This document shows positions 34,801-49,200 of a DNA stretch of 64,000 bases, piece after piece; within the stretch, counting starts at the first letter, position 1, and the number at the start of each line of letters is the position of its first letter. Under the pieces are notes generated by a model. The model was not told the origin of the DNA. It ran no database searches and saw only the letters and a list, made by a program, of their open reading frames with translations. Made by a program: the position numbers and the translations under genes. This stretch comes from Lingula anatina (taxonomy: Eukaryota; Animalia; Brachiopoda). The stretch covers positions 40,678,401 through 40,742,400 of the forward strand of contig CM120641.1 in assembly GCA_051362555.1 (NCBI GenBank). The letters are read 5' to 3'.

Positions 34801-37800
34801 AAGGGAAGAAATTTTTTTTTCTTCATTATAGTGACCGGTAGGTGTGTTGGGTCATTTGTAGTCAGTATAAAGTACTGGAAGAGTGGTTGTGTCAATATTA
34901 AGGAAGAAAAAGAGCAAAAACTCTGGCCACCCCCCCTCTCTCCAGATCCTGTTTTCAGCTGTGTTTTTGGCTATCTTTAAAGCTGGAATTGGGGGCTTTA
35001 ATGAAGTGATCCGGGCGTGTTTCCACATTTTTTATGAATGACAGGTGTGGTAGATTAATTTTCATCACATTTCGGAAAAATTGGTGACGGGTCGTTTTTG
35101 GGTGATTTTGAGTGATTTTCATCAGGTCCGCGTACAGCAGATTTCTTCAATTTTGGCCAAAAAGGGAAGAAATTTTTTTTTCTTCATTATAGTGACCGGT
35201 AGGTGTGTTGGGTCATTTGTAGTCAGTATAAAGTACTGGAAGAGTGGTTGTGTCAATATTAAGGAAGAAAAAGAGCAAAAACTCTGGCCACCCCCCCTCT
35301 CTCCAGATCCTGTTTTCAGCTGTGTTTTTGGCTATCTTTAAAGCTGGAATTGGGGGCTTTAATGAAGTGATCAGGGCGTGTTTCCACATTTTTTATGAAT
35401 GACAGGTGTGGTAGATTAATTTTCATCACATTTCGGAAAAATTGGTGACGGGTCGTTTTTGGGTGATTTTGAGTGATTTTCATCAGGTCCGCGTACAGCA
35501 GATTTCTTCAATTTTGGCCAAAAAGGGAAGAAATTTTTTTTTCTTCATTATAGTGACCGGTAGGTGTGTTGGGTCATTTGTAGTCAGTATAAAGTACTGG
35601 AAGAGTGGTTGTGTCAATATTAAGGAAGAAAAAGAGCAAAAACTCTGGCCACCCCCCTCTCTCCAGATCCTGTTTTCAGCTGTGTTTTTGGCTATCTTTA
35701 AAGCTGGAATTGGGGGCTTTAATGAAGTGATCTGGGCGTGTTTCCACATTTTTTATGAATGACAGGTGTGGTAGATTAATTTTCGTCACATTTCGGAAAA
35801 ATTGGTGACGGGTCGTTTTTGGGTGATTTTGAGTGATTTTCATCAGGTCCGCGTACAGCAGATTTCTTCAATTTTGGCCAAAAAGGGAAGAAAATTTTTT
35901 TTCTTCATTATAGTGACCGTTAGGTGTGTTGGGTCATTTGTAGTCAGTATAAAGTACTGGAAGAGTGGTTGTGTCAATATTAAGGAAGAAAAAGAGCAAA
36001 AACTCTGGCCACCCCCCCTCTCTCCAGATCCTGTTTTCAGCTGTGTTTTTGGCTATCTTTAAAGCTGGAATTGGGGGCTTTAATGAAGTGATCCGGGCGT
36101 GTTTCCACATTTTTTATGAATGACAGGTGTGGTAGATTAATTTTCGTCACATTTCGGAAAAATTGGTGACGGGTCGTTTTTGGGTGATTTTGAGTGATTT
36201 TCATCAGGTCCGCGTACAGCAGATTTCTTCAATTTTGGCCAAAAAGGGAAGAATTTTTTTTTTCTTCATTATAGTGACCGGTAGGTGTGTTGGGTCATTT
36301 GTAGTCAGTATAAAGTACTGGAAGAGTGGTTGTGTCAATATTAAGGAAGAAAAAGAGCAAAAACTCTGGCCACCCCCCCCCTCTCTCCAGATCCTGTTTT
36401 CAGCTGTGTTTTTGGCTATCTTTAAAGCTGGAATTGGGGGCTTTAATGAAGTGATCCGGGCGTGTTTCCACATTTTTTATGAATGACAGGTGTGGTAGAT
36501 TAATTTTCATCACATTTCGGAAAAATTGGTGACGGGTCGTTTTTGGGTGATTTTGAGTGATTTTCATCAGGTCCGCCCGCGTACAGCAGATTTCTTCAAT
36601 TTTGGCCAAAAAGGGAAGAAATTTTTTTTTCTTCATTATAGTGACCGGTAGGTGTGTTGGGTCATTTGTAGTCAGTATAAAGTACTGGAAGAGTGGTTGT
36701 GTCAATATTAAGGAAGAAAAAGAGCAAAAATTCTGGCCACCCCCCCTCTCTCCAGATCCTGTTTTCAGCTGTGTTTTTGGCTATCTTTAAAGCTGGAATT
36801 GGGGGCTTTAATGAAGTGATCCGGGCGTTTTTCCACATTTTTTATGAATGACAGGTGTGGTAGATTAATTTTCATCACATTTCGGAAAAATTGGTGACGG
36901 GTCGTTTTTGGGTGATTTTGAGTGATTTTCATCAGGTCCGCGTACAGCAGATTTCTTCAATTTTGGCCAAAAAGGGAAGAATTTTTTTTTTCTTCATTAT
37001 AGTGACCGGTAGGTGTGTTGGGTCATTTGTAGTCAGTATAAAGTACTGGAAGAGTGGTTGTGTCAATATTAAGGAAGAAAAAGAGCAAAAACTCTGGCCA
37101 CCCCCCCCCTCTCTCCAGATCCTGTTTTCAGCTGTGTTTTTGGCTATCTTTAAAGCTGGAATTGGGGGCTTTAATGAAGTGATCCGGGCGTGTTTCCACA
37201 TTTTTTATGAATGACAGGTGTGGTAGATTAATTTTCATCACATTTCGGAAAAATTGGTGACGGGTCGTTTTTGGGTGATTTTGAGTGATTTTCATCAGGT
37301 CCGCCCGCGTACAGCAGATTTCTTCAATTTTGGCCAAAAAGGGAAGAAATTTTTTTTTCTTCATTATAGTGACCGGTAGGTGTGTTGGGTCATTTGTAGT
37401 CAGTATAAAGTACTGGAAGAGTGGTTGTGTCAATATTAAGGAAGAAAAAGAGCAAAAATTCTGGCCACCCCCCCTCTCTCCAGATCCTGTTTTCAGCTGT
37501 GTTTTTGGCTATCTTTAAAGCTGGAATTGGGGGCTTTAATGAAGTGATCCGGGCGTTTTTCCACATTTTTTATGAATGACAGGTGTGGTAGATTAATTTT
37601 CATCACATTTCGGAAAAATTGGTGACGGGTCGTTTTTGGGTGATTTTGAGTGATTTTCATCAGGTCCGCGTACAGCAGATTTCTTCAATTTTGGCCAAAA
37701 AGGGAAGAAATTTTTTTTTCTTCATTATAGTGACCGGTAGGTGTGTTGGGTCATTTGTAGTCAGTATAAAGCACTGGAAGAGTGGTTGTGTCAATATTAA

Positions 37801-37879
37801 GGAAGAAAAAGAGCAAAAACTCTGGCCACCCCCCCTCTCTCCAGATCCTGTTTTCAGCTGTGTTTTTGGCTATCTTTAA

Positions 37880-40800
37880 AGCTGGAATTGGGGGCTTTAA
37901 TGAAGTGATCCGGGCGTGTTTCCACATTTTTTAGGAATGACAGGTGTGGTAGATTAATTTTCGTCACATTTTGGAAAAATTGGTGACGGGTCGTTTTTGG
38001 GTGATTTTGAGTGATTTTCATCAGGTCCGCGTACAGCAGATTTCTTCAATTTTGGCCAAAAAGGGAAGAATTTTTTTTTTTCTTCATTATAGTGACCGGT
38101 AGGTGTGTTGGGTCATTTGTAGTCAGTATAAAGTACTGGAAGAGTGGTTGTGTCAATATTAAGGAAGAAAAAGAGCAAAAACTCTGGCCACCCCCCCTCT
38201 CTCCAGATCCTGTTTTCAGCTGTGTTTTTGGCTATCTTTAAAGCTGGAATTGGGGGCTTTAATGAAGTGATCCGGGCGTGTTTCCACATTTTTTATGAAT
38301 GACAGGTGTGGTAGATTAATTTTCGTCACATTTCGGAAAAATTGGTGACGGGTCGTTTTTGGGTGATTTTGAGTGATTTTCATCAGGTCCGCGTACAGCA
38401 GATTTCTTCAATTTTGGCCAAAAAGGGAAGAAATTTTTTTTTCTTCATTATAGTGACCGGTAGGTGTGTTGGGTCATTTGTAGTCAGTATAAAGTACTGG
38501 AAGAGTGGTTGTGTCAATATTAAGGAAGAAAAAGAGCAAAAACTCTGGCCACCCCCCCTCTCTCCAGATCCTGTTTTCAGCTGTGTTTTTGGCTATCTTT
38601 AAAGCTGGAATTGGGGGCTTTAATGAAGTGATCCGGGCGTGTTTCCAAATTTTTTATGAATGACAGGTGTGGTAGATTAATTTTCATCACATTTCGGAAA
38701 AAATGGTGACGGGTCATTTTTGGGTGATTTTGAGTGATTTTCATCAGGTCCGCGTACAGCAGATTTCTTCAATTTTGGCCAAAAAGGGAAGAAATTTTTT
38801 TTTCTTCATTATAGTGACCGGTAGGTGTGTTGGGTCATTTGTAGTCAGTATAAAGTACTGGAAGAGTGGTTGTGTCAATATTAAGGAAGAAAAAGAGCAA
38901 AAACTCTGGCCACCCCCCCTCTCTCCAGATCCTGTTTTCAGCTGTGTTTTTGGCTATCTTTAAAGCTGGAATTGGGGGCTTTAATGAAGTGATCCGGGCG
39001 TGTTTCCACATTTTTTATGAATGACAGGTGTGGTAGATTAATTTTCATCACATTTCGGAAAAACTGGTGACGGGTCGTTTTTGGGTGATTTTGAGTGATT
39101 TTCATCAGGTCCGCGTACAGCAGATTTCTTCAATTTTGGCCAAAAAGGGAAGAAATTTTTTTTTCTTCATTATAGTGACCGGTAGGTGTGTTGGGTCATT
39201 TGTAGTCAGTATAAAGTACTGGAAGAGTGGTTGTGTCAATATTAAGGAAGAAAAAGAGCAAAAACTCTGGCCACCCCCCCTCTCTCCAGATCCTGTTTTC
39301 AGCTGTGTTTTTGGCTATCTTTAAAGCTGGAATTGGGGGCTTTAATGAAGTGATCCGGGCGTGTTTCCACATTTTTTATGAATGACAGGTGTGGTAGATT
39401 AATTTTCATCACATTTCGGAAAAATTGGTGACGGGTCGTTTTTGGGTGATTTTGAGTGATTTTCATCAGGTCCGCCCGCGTACAGCAGATTTCTTCAATT
39501 TTGGCCAAAAAGGGAAGAAATTTTTTTTTCTTCATTATAGTGACCGGTAGGTGTGTTGGGTCATTTGTAGTCAGTATAAAGTACTGGAAGAGTGGTTGTG
39601 TCAATATTAAGGAAGAAAAAGAGGAAAAATTCTGGCCACCCCCCCTCTCTCCAGATCCTGTTTTCAGCTGTGTTTTTGGCTATCTTTAAAGCTGGAATTG
39701 GGGGCTTTAATGAAGTGATCCGGGCGTTTTTCCACATTTTTTATGAATGACAGGTGTGGTAGATTAATTTTCATCACATTTCGGAAAAATTGGTGACGGG
39801 TCGTTTTTGGGTGATTTTGAGTGATTTTCATCAGGTCCGCCCGCGTACAGCAGATTTCTTCAATTTTGGCCAAAAAGGGAAGAAATTTTTTTTTCATCAT
39901 TATAGTGACCGGTAGGTGTGTTGGGTCATTTGTAGTCAGTATAAAGTACTGGAAGAGTGGTTGTGTCAATATTAAGGAAGAAAAAGAGCAAAAACTCTGG
40001 CCACCCCCCCTCTCTCCAGATCCTGTTTTCAGCTGTGTTTTTGGCTATCTTTAAAGCTGGAATTGGGGGCTTTAATGAAGTGCTCCGGGCGTGTTTCCAC
40101 ATTTTTTATGAATGACAGGTGTGGTAGATTAATTTTCATCACATTTCGGAAAAATTGGTGACGGGTCGTTTTTGGGTGATTTTGAGTGATTTTCATCAGG
40201 TCCGCGTACAGCAGATTTCTTCAATTTTGGCCAAAAAGGGAAGAAATTTTTTTTTCTTCATTATAGTGACCGGTAGGTGTGTTGGGTCATTTGTGGTCAG
40301 TATAAAGTACTGGAAGAGTGGTTGTGTCAATATTAAGGAAGAAAAAGAGCAAAAACTCTGGCCACCCCCCCTCTCTCCAGATCCTGTTTTCAGCTGTGTT
40401 TTTGGCTATCTTTAAAGCTGGAATTGGGGGCTTTAATGAAGTGATCCGGGCGTGTTTCCACATTTTTTATGAATGACAGGTGTGGTAGATTAATTTTCAT
40501 CACATTTCGGAAAAATTGGTGACGGGTCGTTTTTGGGTGATTTTGAGTGATTTTCATCAGGTCCGCGTACAGCAGATTTCTTCAATTTTGGCCAAAAAGA
40601 GAAGAAATTTTTTTTTCTTCATTATAGTGACCGGTAGGTGTGTTGGGTCATTTGTAGTCAGTATAAAGTACTGGAAGAGTGGTTGTGTCAATATTAAGGA
40701 AGAAAAAGAGCAAAAACTCTGGCCACCCCCCCTCTCTCCAGATCCTGTTTTCAGCTGTGTTTTTGGCTATCTTTAAAGCTGGAATTGGGGGCTTTAATGA

Positions 40801-43800
40801 AGTGATCCGGGCGTGTTTCCACATTTTTTATGAATGACAGGTGTGGTAGATTAATTTTCATCACATTTCGGAAAAATTGGTGACGGGTCGTTTTTGGGTG
40901 ATTTTGAGTGATTTTCATCAGGTCCGCGTACAGCAGATTTCTTCAATTTTGGCCAAAAAGGGAAGAAATTTTTTTTTCTTCATTATAGTGACCGGTAGGT
41001 GTGTTGGGTCATTTGTAGTCAGTATAAAGTACTGGAAGAGTGGTTGTGTCAATATTAAGGAAGAAAAAGAGCAAAAACTCTGGCCACCCCCCCTCTCTCC
41101 AGATCCTGTTTTCAGCTGTGTTTTTGGCTATCTTTAAAGCTGGAATTGGGGGCTTTAATGAAGTGATCCGGGCGTGTTTCCACATTTTTTATGAATGACA
41201 GGTGTGGTAGATTAATTTTCATCACATTTCGGAAAAATTGGTGACGGGTCGTTTTTGGGTGATTTTGAGTGATTTTCATCAGGTCCGCGTACAGCAGATT
41301 TCTTCAATTTTGGCCAAAAAGGAAAGAAATTTTTTTTTCTTCATTATAGTGACCGGTAGGTGTGTTGGGTCATTTGTAGTCAGTATAAAGTACTGGAAGA
41401 GTGGTTGTGTCAATATTAAGGAAGAAAAAGAGCAAAAACTCTGGCCACCCCCCCTCTCTCCAGATCCTGTTTTCAGCTGTGTTTTTGGCTATCTTTAAAG
41501 CTGGAATTGGGGGCTTTAATGAAGTGATCCGGGCGTGTTTCCACATTTTTTATGAATGACAGGTGTGGTAGATTAATTTTCATCACATTTCGGAAAAATT
41601 GGTGACGGGTCGTTTTTGGGTGATTTTGAGTGATTTTCATCAGGTCCGCGTACAGCAGATTTCTTCAATTTTGGCCAAAAAGGGAAGAAATTTTTTTTTC
41701 TTCATTATAGTGACCGGTAGGTGTGTTGGGTCATTTGTGGTCAGTATAAAGTACTGGAAGAGTGGTTGTGTCAATATTAAGGAAGAAAAAGAGCAAAAAC
41801 TCTGGCCACCCCCCCTCTCTCCAGATCCTGTTTTCAGCTGTGTTTTTGGCTATCTTTAAAGCTGGAATTGGGGGCTTTAATGAAGTGATCTGGGCGTGTT
41901 TCCACATTTTTTATGAATGACAGGTGTGGTAGATTAATTTTCATCACATTTCGGAAAAATTGGTGACGGGTCGTTTTTGGGTGATTTTGAGTGATTTTCA
42001 TCAGGTCCGCGTACAGCAGATTTCTTCAATTTTGGCCAAAAAGGGAAGAAATTTTTTTTTCTTCATTATAGTGACCGGTAGGTGTGTTGGGTCATTTGTA
42101 GTCAGTATAAAGTACTGGAAGAGTGGTTGTGTCAATATTAAGGAAGAAAAAGAGCAAAAACTCTGGCCACCCCCCCTCTCTCCAGATCCTGTTTTCAGCT
42201 GTGTTTTTGGCTATCTTTAAAGCTGGAATTGGGGGCTTTAATGAAGTGATCCGGGCGTGTTTCCACATTTTTTATGAATGACAGGTGTGGTAGATTAATT
42301 TTCATCACATTTCGGAAAAATTGGTGACGGGTCGTTTTTGGGTGATTTTGAGTGATTTTCATCAGGTCCGCGTACAGCAGATTTCTTCAATTTTGGCCAA
42401 AAAGGGAAGAATTTTTTTTTTTCTTCATTATAGTGACCGGTAGGTGTGTTGGGTCATTTGTAGTCAGTATAAAGTACTGGAAGAGTGGTTGTGTCAATAT
42501 TAAGGAAGAAAAAGAGCAAAAACTCTGGCCACCCCCCCTCTCTCCAGATCCTGTTTTCAGCTGTGTTTTTGGCTATCTTTAAAGCTGGAATTGGGGGCTT
42601 TAATGAAGTGATCCGGGCGTGTTTCCACATTTTTTATGAATGACAGGTGTGGTAGATTAATTTTCGTCACATTTCGGAAAAATTGGTGACGGGTCGTTTT
42701 TGGGTGATTTTGAGTGATTTTCATCAGGTCCGCGTACAGCAGATTTCTTCAATTTTGGCCAAAAAGGGAAGAAATTTTTTTTTCTTCATTATAGTGACCG
42801 GTAGGTGTGTTGGGTCATTTGTAGTCAGTATAAAGTACTGGAAGAGTGGTTGTGTCAATATTAAGGAAGAAAAAGAGCAAAAACTCTGGCCACCCCCCCT
42901 CTCTCCAGATCCTGTTTTCAGCTGTGTTTTTGGCTATCTTTAAAGCTGGAATTGGGGGCTTTAATGAAGTGATCCGGGCGTGTTTCCACATTTTTTATGA
43001 ATGACAGGTGTGGTAGATTAATTTTCATCACATTTCGGAAAAAATGGTGACGGGTCATTTTTGGGTGATTTTGAGTGATTTTCATCAGGTCCGCGTACAG
43101 CAGATTTCTTCAATTTTGGCCAAAAAGGGAAGAAATTTTTTTTTCTTCATTATAGTGACCGGTAGGTGTGTTGGGTCATTTGTAGTCAGTATAAAGTACT
43201 GGAAGAGTGGTTGTGTCAATATTAAGGAAGAAAAAGAGCAAAAACTCTGGCCACCCCCCCTCTCTCCAGATCCTGTTTTCAGCTGTGTTTTTGGCTATCT
43301 TTAAAGCTGGAATTGGGGGCTTTAATGAAGTGATCCGGGCGTGTTTCCACATTTTTTATGAATGACAGGTGTGGTAGATTAATTTTCATCACATTTCGGA
43401 AAAACTGGTGACGGGTCGTTTTTGGGTGATTTTGAGTGATTTTCATCAGGTCCGCGTACAGCAGATTTCTTCAATTTTGGCCAAAAAGGGAAGAAATTTT
43501 TTTTTCTTCATTATAGTGACCGGTAGGTGTGTTGGGTCATTTGTAGTCAGTATAAAGTACTGGAAGAGTGGTTGTGTCAATATTAAGGAAGAAAAAGAGC
43601 AAAAACTCTGGCCACCCCCCCTCTCTCCAGATCCTGTTTTCAGCTGTGTTTTTGGCTATCTTTAAAGCTGGAATTGGGGGCTTTAATGAAGTGATCCGGG
43701 CGTGTTTCCACATTTTTTATGAATGACAGGTGTGGTAGATTAATTTTCATCACATTTCGGAAAAATTGGTGACGGGTCGTTTTTGGGTGATTTTGAGTGA

Positions 43801-46240
43801 TTTTCATCAGGTCCGCCCGCGTACAGCAGATTTCTTCAATTTTGGCCAAAAAGGGAAGAAATTTTTTTTTCTTCATTATAGTGACCGGTAGGTGTGTTGG
43901 GTCATTTGTAGTCAGTATAAAGTACTGGAAGAGTGGTTGTGTCAATATTAAGGAAGAAAAAGAGGAAAAATTCTGGCCACCCCCCCTCTCTCCAGATCCT
44001 GTTTTCAGCTGTGTTTTTGGCTATCTTTAAAGCTGGAATTGGGGGCTTTAATGAAGTGATCCGGGCGTTTTTCCACATTTTTTATGAATGACAGGTGTGG
44101 TAGATTAATTTTCATCACATTTCGGAAAAATTGGTGACGGGTCGTTTTTGGGTGATTTTGAGTGATTTTCATCAGGTCCGCCCGCGTACAGCAGATTTCT
44201 TCAATTTTGGCCAAAAAGGGAAGAAATTTTTTTTTCTTCATTATAGTGACCGGTAGGTGTGTTGGGTCATTTGTAGTCAGTATAAAGTACTGGAAGAGTG
44301 GTTGTGTCAATATTAAGGAAGAAAAAGAGCAAAAACTCTGGCCACCCCCCCTCTCTCCAGATCCTGTTTTCAGCTGTGTTTTTGGCTATCTTTAAAGCTG
44401 GAATTGGGGGCTTTAATGAAGTGCTCCGGGCGTGTTTCCACATTTTTTATGAATGACAGGTGTGGTAGATTAATTTTCATCACATTTCGGAAAAATTGGT
44501 GACGGGTCGTTTTTGGGTGATTTTGAGTGATTTTCATCAGGTCCGCGTACAGCAGATTTCTTCAATTTTGGCCAAAAAGGGAAGAAATTTTTTTTTCTTC
44601 ATTATAGTGACCGGTAGGTGTGTTGGGTCATTTGTGGTCAGTATAAAGTACTGGAAGAGTGGTTGTGTCAATATTAAGGAAGAAAAAGAGCAAAAACTCT
44701 GGCCACCCCCCCTCTCTCCAGATCCTGTTTTCAGCTGTGTTTTTGGCTATCTTTAAAGCTGGAATTGGGGGCTTTAATGAAGTGATCCGGGCGTGTTTCC
44801 ACATTTTTTATGAATGACAGGTGTGGTAGATTAATTTTCATCACATTTCGGAAAAATTGGTGACGGGTCGTTTTTGGGTGATTTTGAGTGATTTTCATCA
44901 GGTCCGCGTACAGCAGATTTCTTCAATTTTGGCCAAAAAGAGAAGAAATTTTTTTTTCTTCATTATAGTGACCGGTAGGTGTGTTGGGTCATTTGTAGTC
45001 AGTATAAAGTACTGGAAGAGTGGTTGTGTCAATATTAAGGAAGAAAAAGAGCAAAAACTCTGGCCACCCCCCCTCTCTCCAGATCCTGTTTTCAGCTGTG
45101 TTTTTGGCTATCTTTAAAGCTGGAATTGGGGGCTTTAATGAAGTGATCCGGGCGTGTTTCCACATTTTTTATGAATGACAGGTGTGGTAGATTAATTTTC
45201 ATCACATTTCGGAAAAATTGGTGACGGGTCGTTTTTGGGTGATTTTGAGTGATTTTCATCAGGTCCGCGTACAGCAGATTTCTTCAATTTTGGCCAAAAA
45301 GGGAAGAAATTTTTTTTTCTTCATTATAGTGACCGGTAGGTGTGTTGGGTCATTTGTAGTCAGTATAAAGTACTGGAAGAGTGGTTGTGTCAATATTAAG
45401 GAAGAAAAAGAGCAAAAACTCTGGCCACCCCCCCTCTCTCCAGATCCTGTTTTCAGCTGTGTTTTTGGCTATCTTTAAAGCTGGAATTGGGGGCTTTAAT
45501 GAAGTGATCCGGGCGTGTTTCCACATTTTTTATGAATGACAGGTGTGGTAGATTAATTTTCATCACATTTCGGAAAAATTGGTGACGGGTCGTTTTTGGG
45601 TGATTTTGAGTGATTTTCATCAGGTCCGCGTACAGCAGATTTCTTCAATTTTGGCCAAAAAGGAAAGAAATTTTTTTTTCTTCATTATAGTGACCGGTAG
45701 GTGTGTTGGGTCATTTGTAGTCAGTATAAAGTACTGGAAGAGTGGTTGTGTCAATATTAAGGAAGAAAAAGAGCAAAAACTCTGGCCACCCCCCCTCTCT
45801 CCAGATCCTGTTTTCAGCTGTGTTTTTGGCTATCTTTAAAGCTGGAATTGGGGGCTTTAATGAAGTGATCCGGGCGTGTTTCCACATTTTTTATGAATGA
45901 CAGGTGTGGTAGATTAATTTTCATCACATTTCGGAAAAATTGGTGACGGGTCGTTTTTGGGTGATTTTGAGTGATTTTCATCAGGTCCGCGTACAGCAGA
46001 TTTCTTCAATTTTGGCCAAAAAGGGAAGAAATTTTTTTTTCTTCATTATAGTGACCGGTAGGTGTGTTGGGTCATTTGTGGTCAGTATAAAGTACTGGAA
46101 GAGTGGTTGTGTCAATATTAAGGAAGAAAAAGAGCAAAAACTCTGGCCACCCCCCCTCTCTCCAGATCCTGTTTTCAGCTGTGTTTTTGGCTATCTTTAA
46201 AGCTGGAATTGGGGGCTTTAATGAAGTGATCTGGGCGTGT
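37880..46240. repeat. 12-monomer tandem duplication (4341 bp); boundaries approximate
   Basis: Variant ORFs recur at 38011/42352, 38703/43044, 39067/43408, 39456/43797, 40516/44857 and 41238/45579. Confidence 0.88.
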
Positions 46241-49200
46241 TTCCACATTTTTTATGAATGACAGGTGTGGTAGATTAATTTTCATCACATTTCGGAAAAA
46301 TTGGTGACGGGTCGTTTTTGGGTGATTTTGAGTGATTTTCATCAGGTCCGCCCGCGTACAGCAGATTTCTTCAATTTTGGCCAAAAAGGGAAGAAATTTT
46401 TTTTTCTTCATTATAGTGACCGGTAGGTGTGTTGGGTCATTTGTAGTCAGTATAAAGTACTGGAAGAGTGGTTGTGTCAATATTAAGGAAGAAAAAGAGC
46501 AAAAATTCTGGCCACCCCCCCTCTCTCCAGATCCTGTTTTCAGCTGTGTTTTTGGCTATCTTTAAAGCTGGAATTGGGGGCTTTAATGAAGTGATCCGGG
46601 CGTGTTTCCACATTTTTTATGAATGACAGGTGTGGTAGATTAATTTTCATCACATTTCGGAAAAATTGGTGACGGGTCGTTTTTGGGTGATTTTGAGTGA
46701 TTTTCATCAGGTCCGCGTACAGCAGATTTCTTCAATTTTGGCCAAAAAGGGAAGAAATTTTTTTTTCTTCATTATAGTGACCGGTAGGTGTGTTGGGTCA
46801 TTTGTAGTCAGTATAAAGTACTGGAAGAGTGGTTGTGTCAATATTAAGGAAGAAAAAGAGCAAAAACTCTGGCCACCCCCCCTCTCTCCAGATCCTGTTT
46901 TCAGCTGTGTTTTTGGCTATCTTTAAAGCTGGAATTGGGGGCTTTAATGAAGTGATCCGGGCGTGTTTCCACATTTTTTATGAATGACAGGTGTGGTAGA
47001 TTAATTTTCATCACATTTCGGAAAAATTGGTGACGGGTCGTTTTTGGGTGATTTTGAGTGATTTTCATCAGGTCCGCGTACAGCAGATTTCTTCAATTTT
47101 GGCCAAAAAGGGAAGAAATTTTTTTTTCTTCATTATAGTGACCGGTAGGTGTGTTGGGTCATTTGTAGTCAGTATAAAGTACTGGAAGAGTGGTTGTGTC
47201 AATATTAAGGAAGAAAAAGAGCAAAAACTCTGGCCACCCCCCCTCTCTCCAGATCCTGTTTTCAGCTGTGTTTTTGGCTATCTTTAAAGCTGGAATTGGG
47301 GGCTTTAATGAAGTGATCAGGGCGTGTTTCCACATTTTTTATGAATGACAGGTGTGGTAGATTAATTTTCATCACATTTCGGAAAAATTGGTGACGGGTC
47401 GTTTTTGGGTGATTTTGAGTGATTTTCATCAGGTCCGCGTACAGCAGATTTCTTCAATTTTGGCCAAAAAGGGAAGAAATTTTTTTTTCTTCATTATAGT
47501 GACCGGTAGGTGTGTTGGGTCATTTGTAGTCAGTATAAAGTACTGGAAGAGTGGTTGTGTCAATATTAAGGAAGAAAAAGAGCAAAAACTCTGGCCACCC
47601 CCCCTCTCTCCAGATCCTGTTTTCAGCTGTGTTTTTGGCTATCTTTAAAGCTGGAATTGGGGGCTTTAATGAAGTGATCCGGGCGTGTTTCCACATTTTT
47701 TATGAATGACAGGTGTGGTAGATTAATTTTCATCACATTTCGGAAAAATTGGTGACGGGTCGTTTTTGGGTGATTTTGAGTGATTTTCATCAGGTCCGCG
47801 TACAGCAGATTTCTTCAATTTTGGCCAAAAAGGGAAGAAATTTTTTTTTCTTCATTATAGTGACCGGTAGGTGTGTTGGGTCATTTGTGGTCAGTATAAA
47901 GTACTGGAAGAGTGGTTGTGTCAATATTAAGGAAGAAAAAGAGCAAAAACTCTGGCCACCCCCCCTCTCTCCAGATCCTGTTTTCAGCTGTGTTTTTGGC
48001 TATCTTTAAAGCTGGAATTGGGGGCTTTAATGAAGTGATCCGGGCGTGTTTCCACATTTTTTATGAATGACAGGTGTGGTAGATTAATTTTCATCACATT
48101 TCGGAAAAATTGGTGACGGGTCGTTTTTGGGTGATTTTGAGTGATTTTCATCAGGTCCGCGTACAGCAGATTTCTTCAATTTTGGCCAAAAAGGGAAGAA
48201 ATTTTTTTTTCTTCATTATAGTGACCGGTAGGTGTGTTGGGTCATTTGTAGTCAGTATAAAGTACTGGAAGAGTGGTTGTGTCAATATTAAGGAAGAAAA
48301 AGAGCAAAAACTCTGGCCACCCCCCCTCTCTCCAGATCCTGTTTTCAGCTGTGTTTTTGGCTATCTTTAAAGCTGGAATTGGGGGCTTTAATGAAGTGAT
48401 CCGGGCGTGTTTCCACATTTTTTATGAATGACAGGTGTGGTAGATTAATTTTCATCACATTTCGGAAAAATTGGTGACGGGTCGTTTTTGGGTGATTTTG
48501 AGTGATTTTCATCAGGTCCGCGTACAGCAGATTTCTTCAATTTTGGCCAAAAAGGGAAGAAATTTTTTTTTCTTCATTATAGTGACCGGTAGGTGTGTTG
48601 GGTCATTTGTAGTCAGTATAAAGTACTGGAAGAGTGGTTGTGTCAATATTAAGGAAGAAAAAGAGCAAAAACTCTGGCCACCCCCCCTCTCTCCAGATCC
48701 TGTTTTCAGCTGTGTTTTTGGCTATCTTTAAAGCTGGAATTGGGGGCTTTAATGAAGTGATCCGGGCGTGTTTCCACATTTTTTATGAATGACAGGTGTG
48801 GTAGATTAATTTTCATCACATTTCGGAAAAATTGGTGACGGGTCGTTTTTGGGTGATTTTGAGTGATTTTCATCAGGTCCGCGTACAGCAGATTTCTTCA
48901 ATTTTGGCCAAAAAGGGAAGAAATTTTTTTTTCTTCATTATAGTGACCGGTAGGTGTGTTGGGTCATTTGTAGTCAGTATAAAGTACTGGAAGAGTGGTT
49001 GTGTCAATATTAAGGAAGAAAAAGAGCAAAAACTCTGGCCACCCCCCCTCTCTCCAGATCCTGTATTCAGCTGTGTTTTTGGCTATCTTTAAAGCTGGAA
49101 TTGGGGGCTTTAATGAAGTGATCCGGGCGTGTTTCCACATTTTTTATGAATGACAGGTGTGGTAGATTAATTTTCGTCACATTTCGGAAAAATTGGTGAC

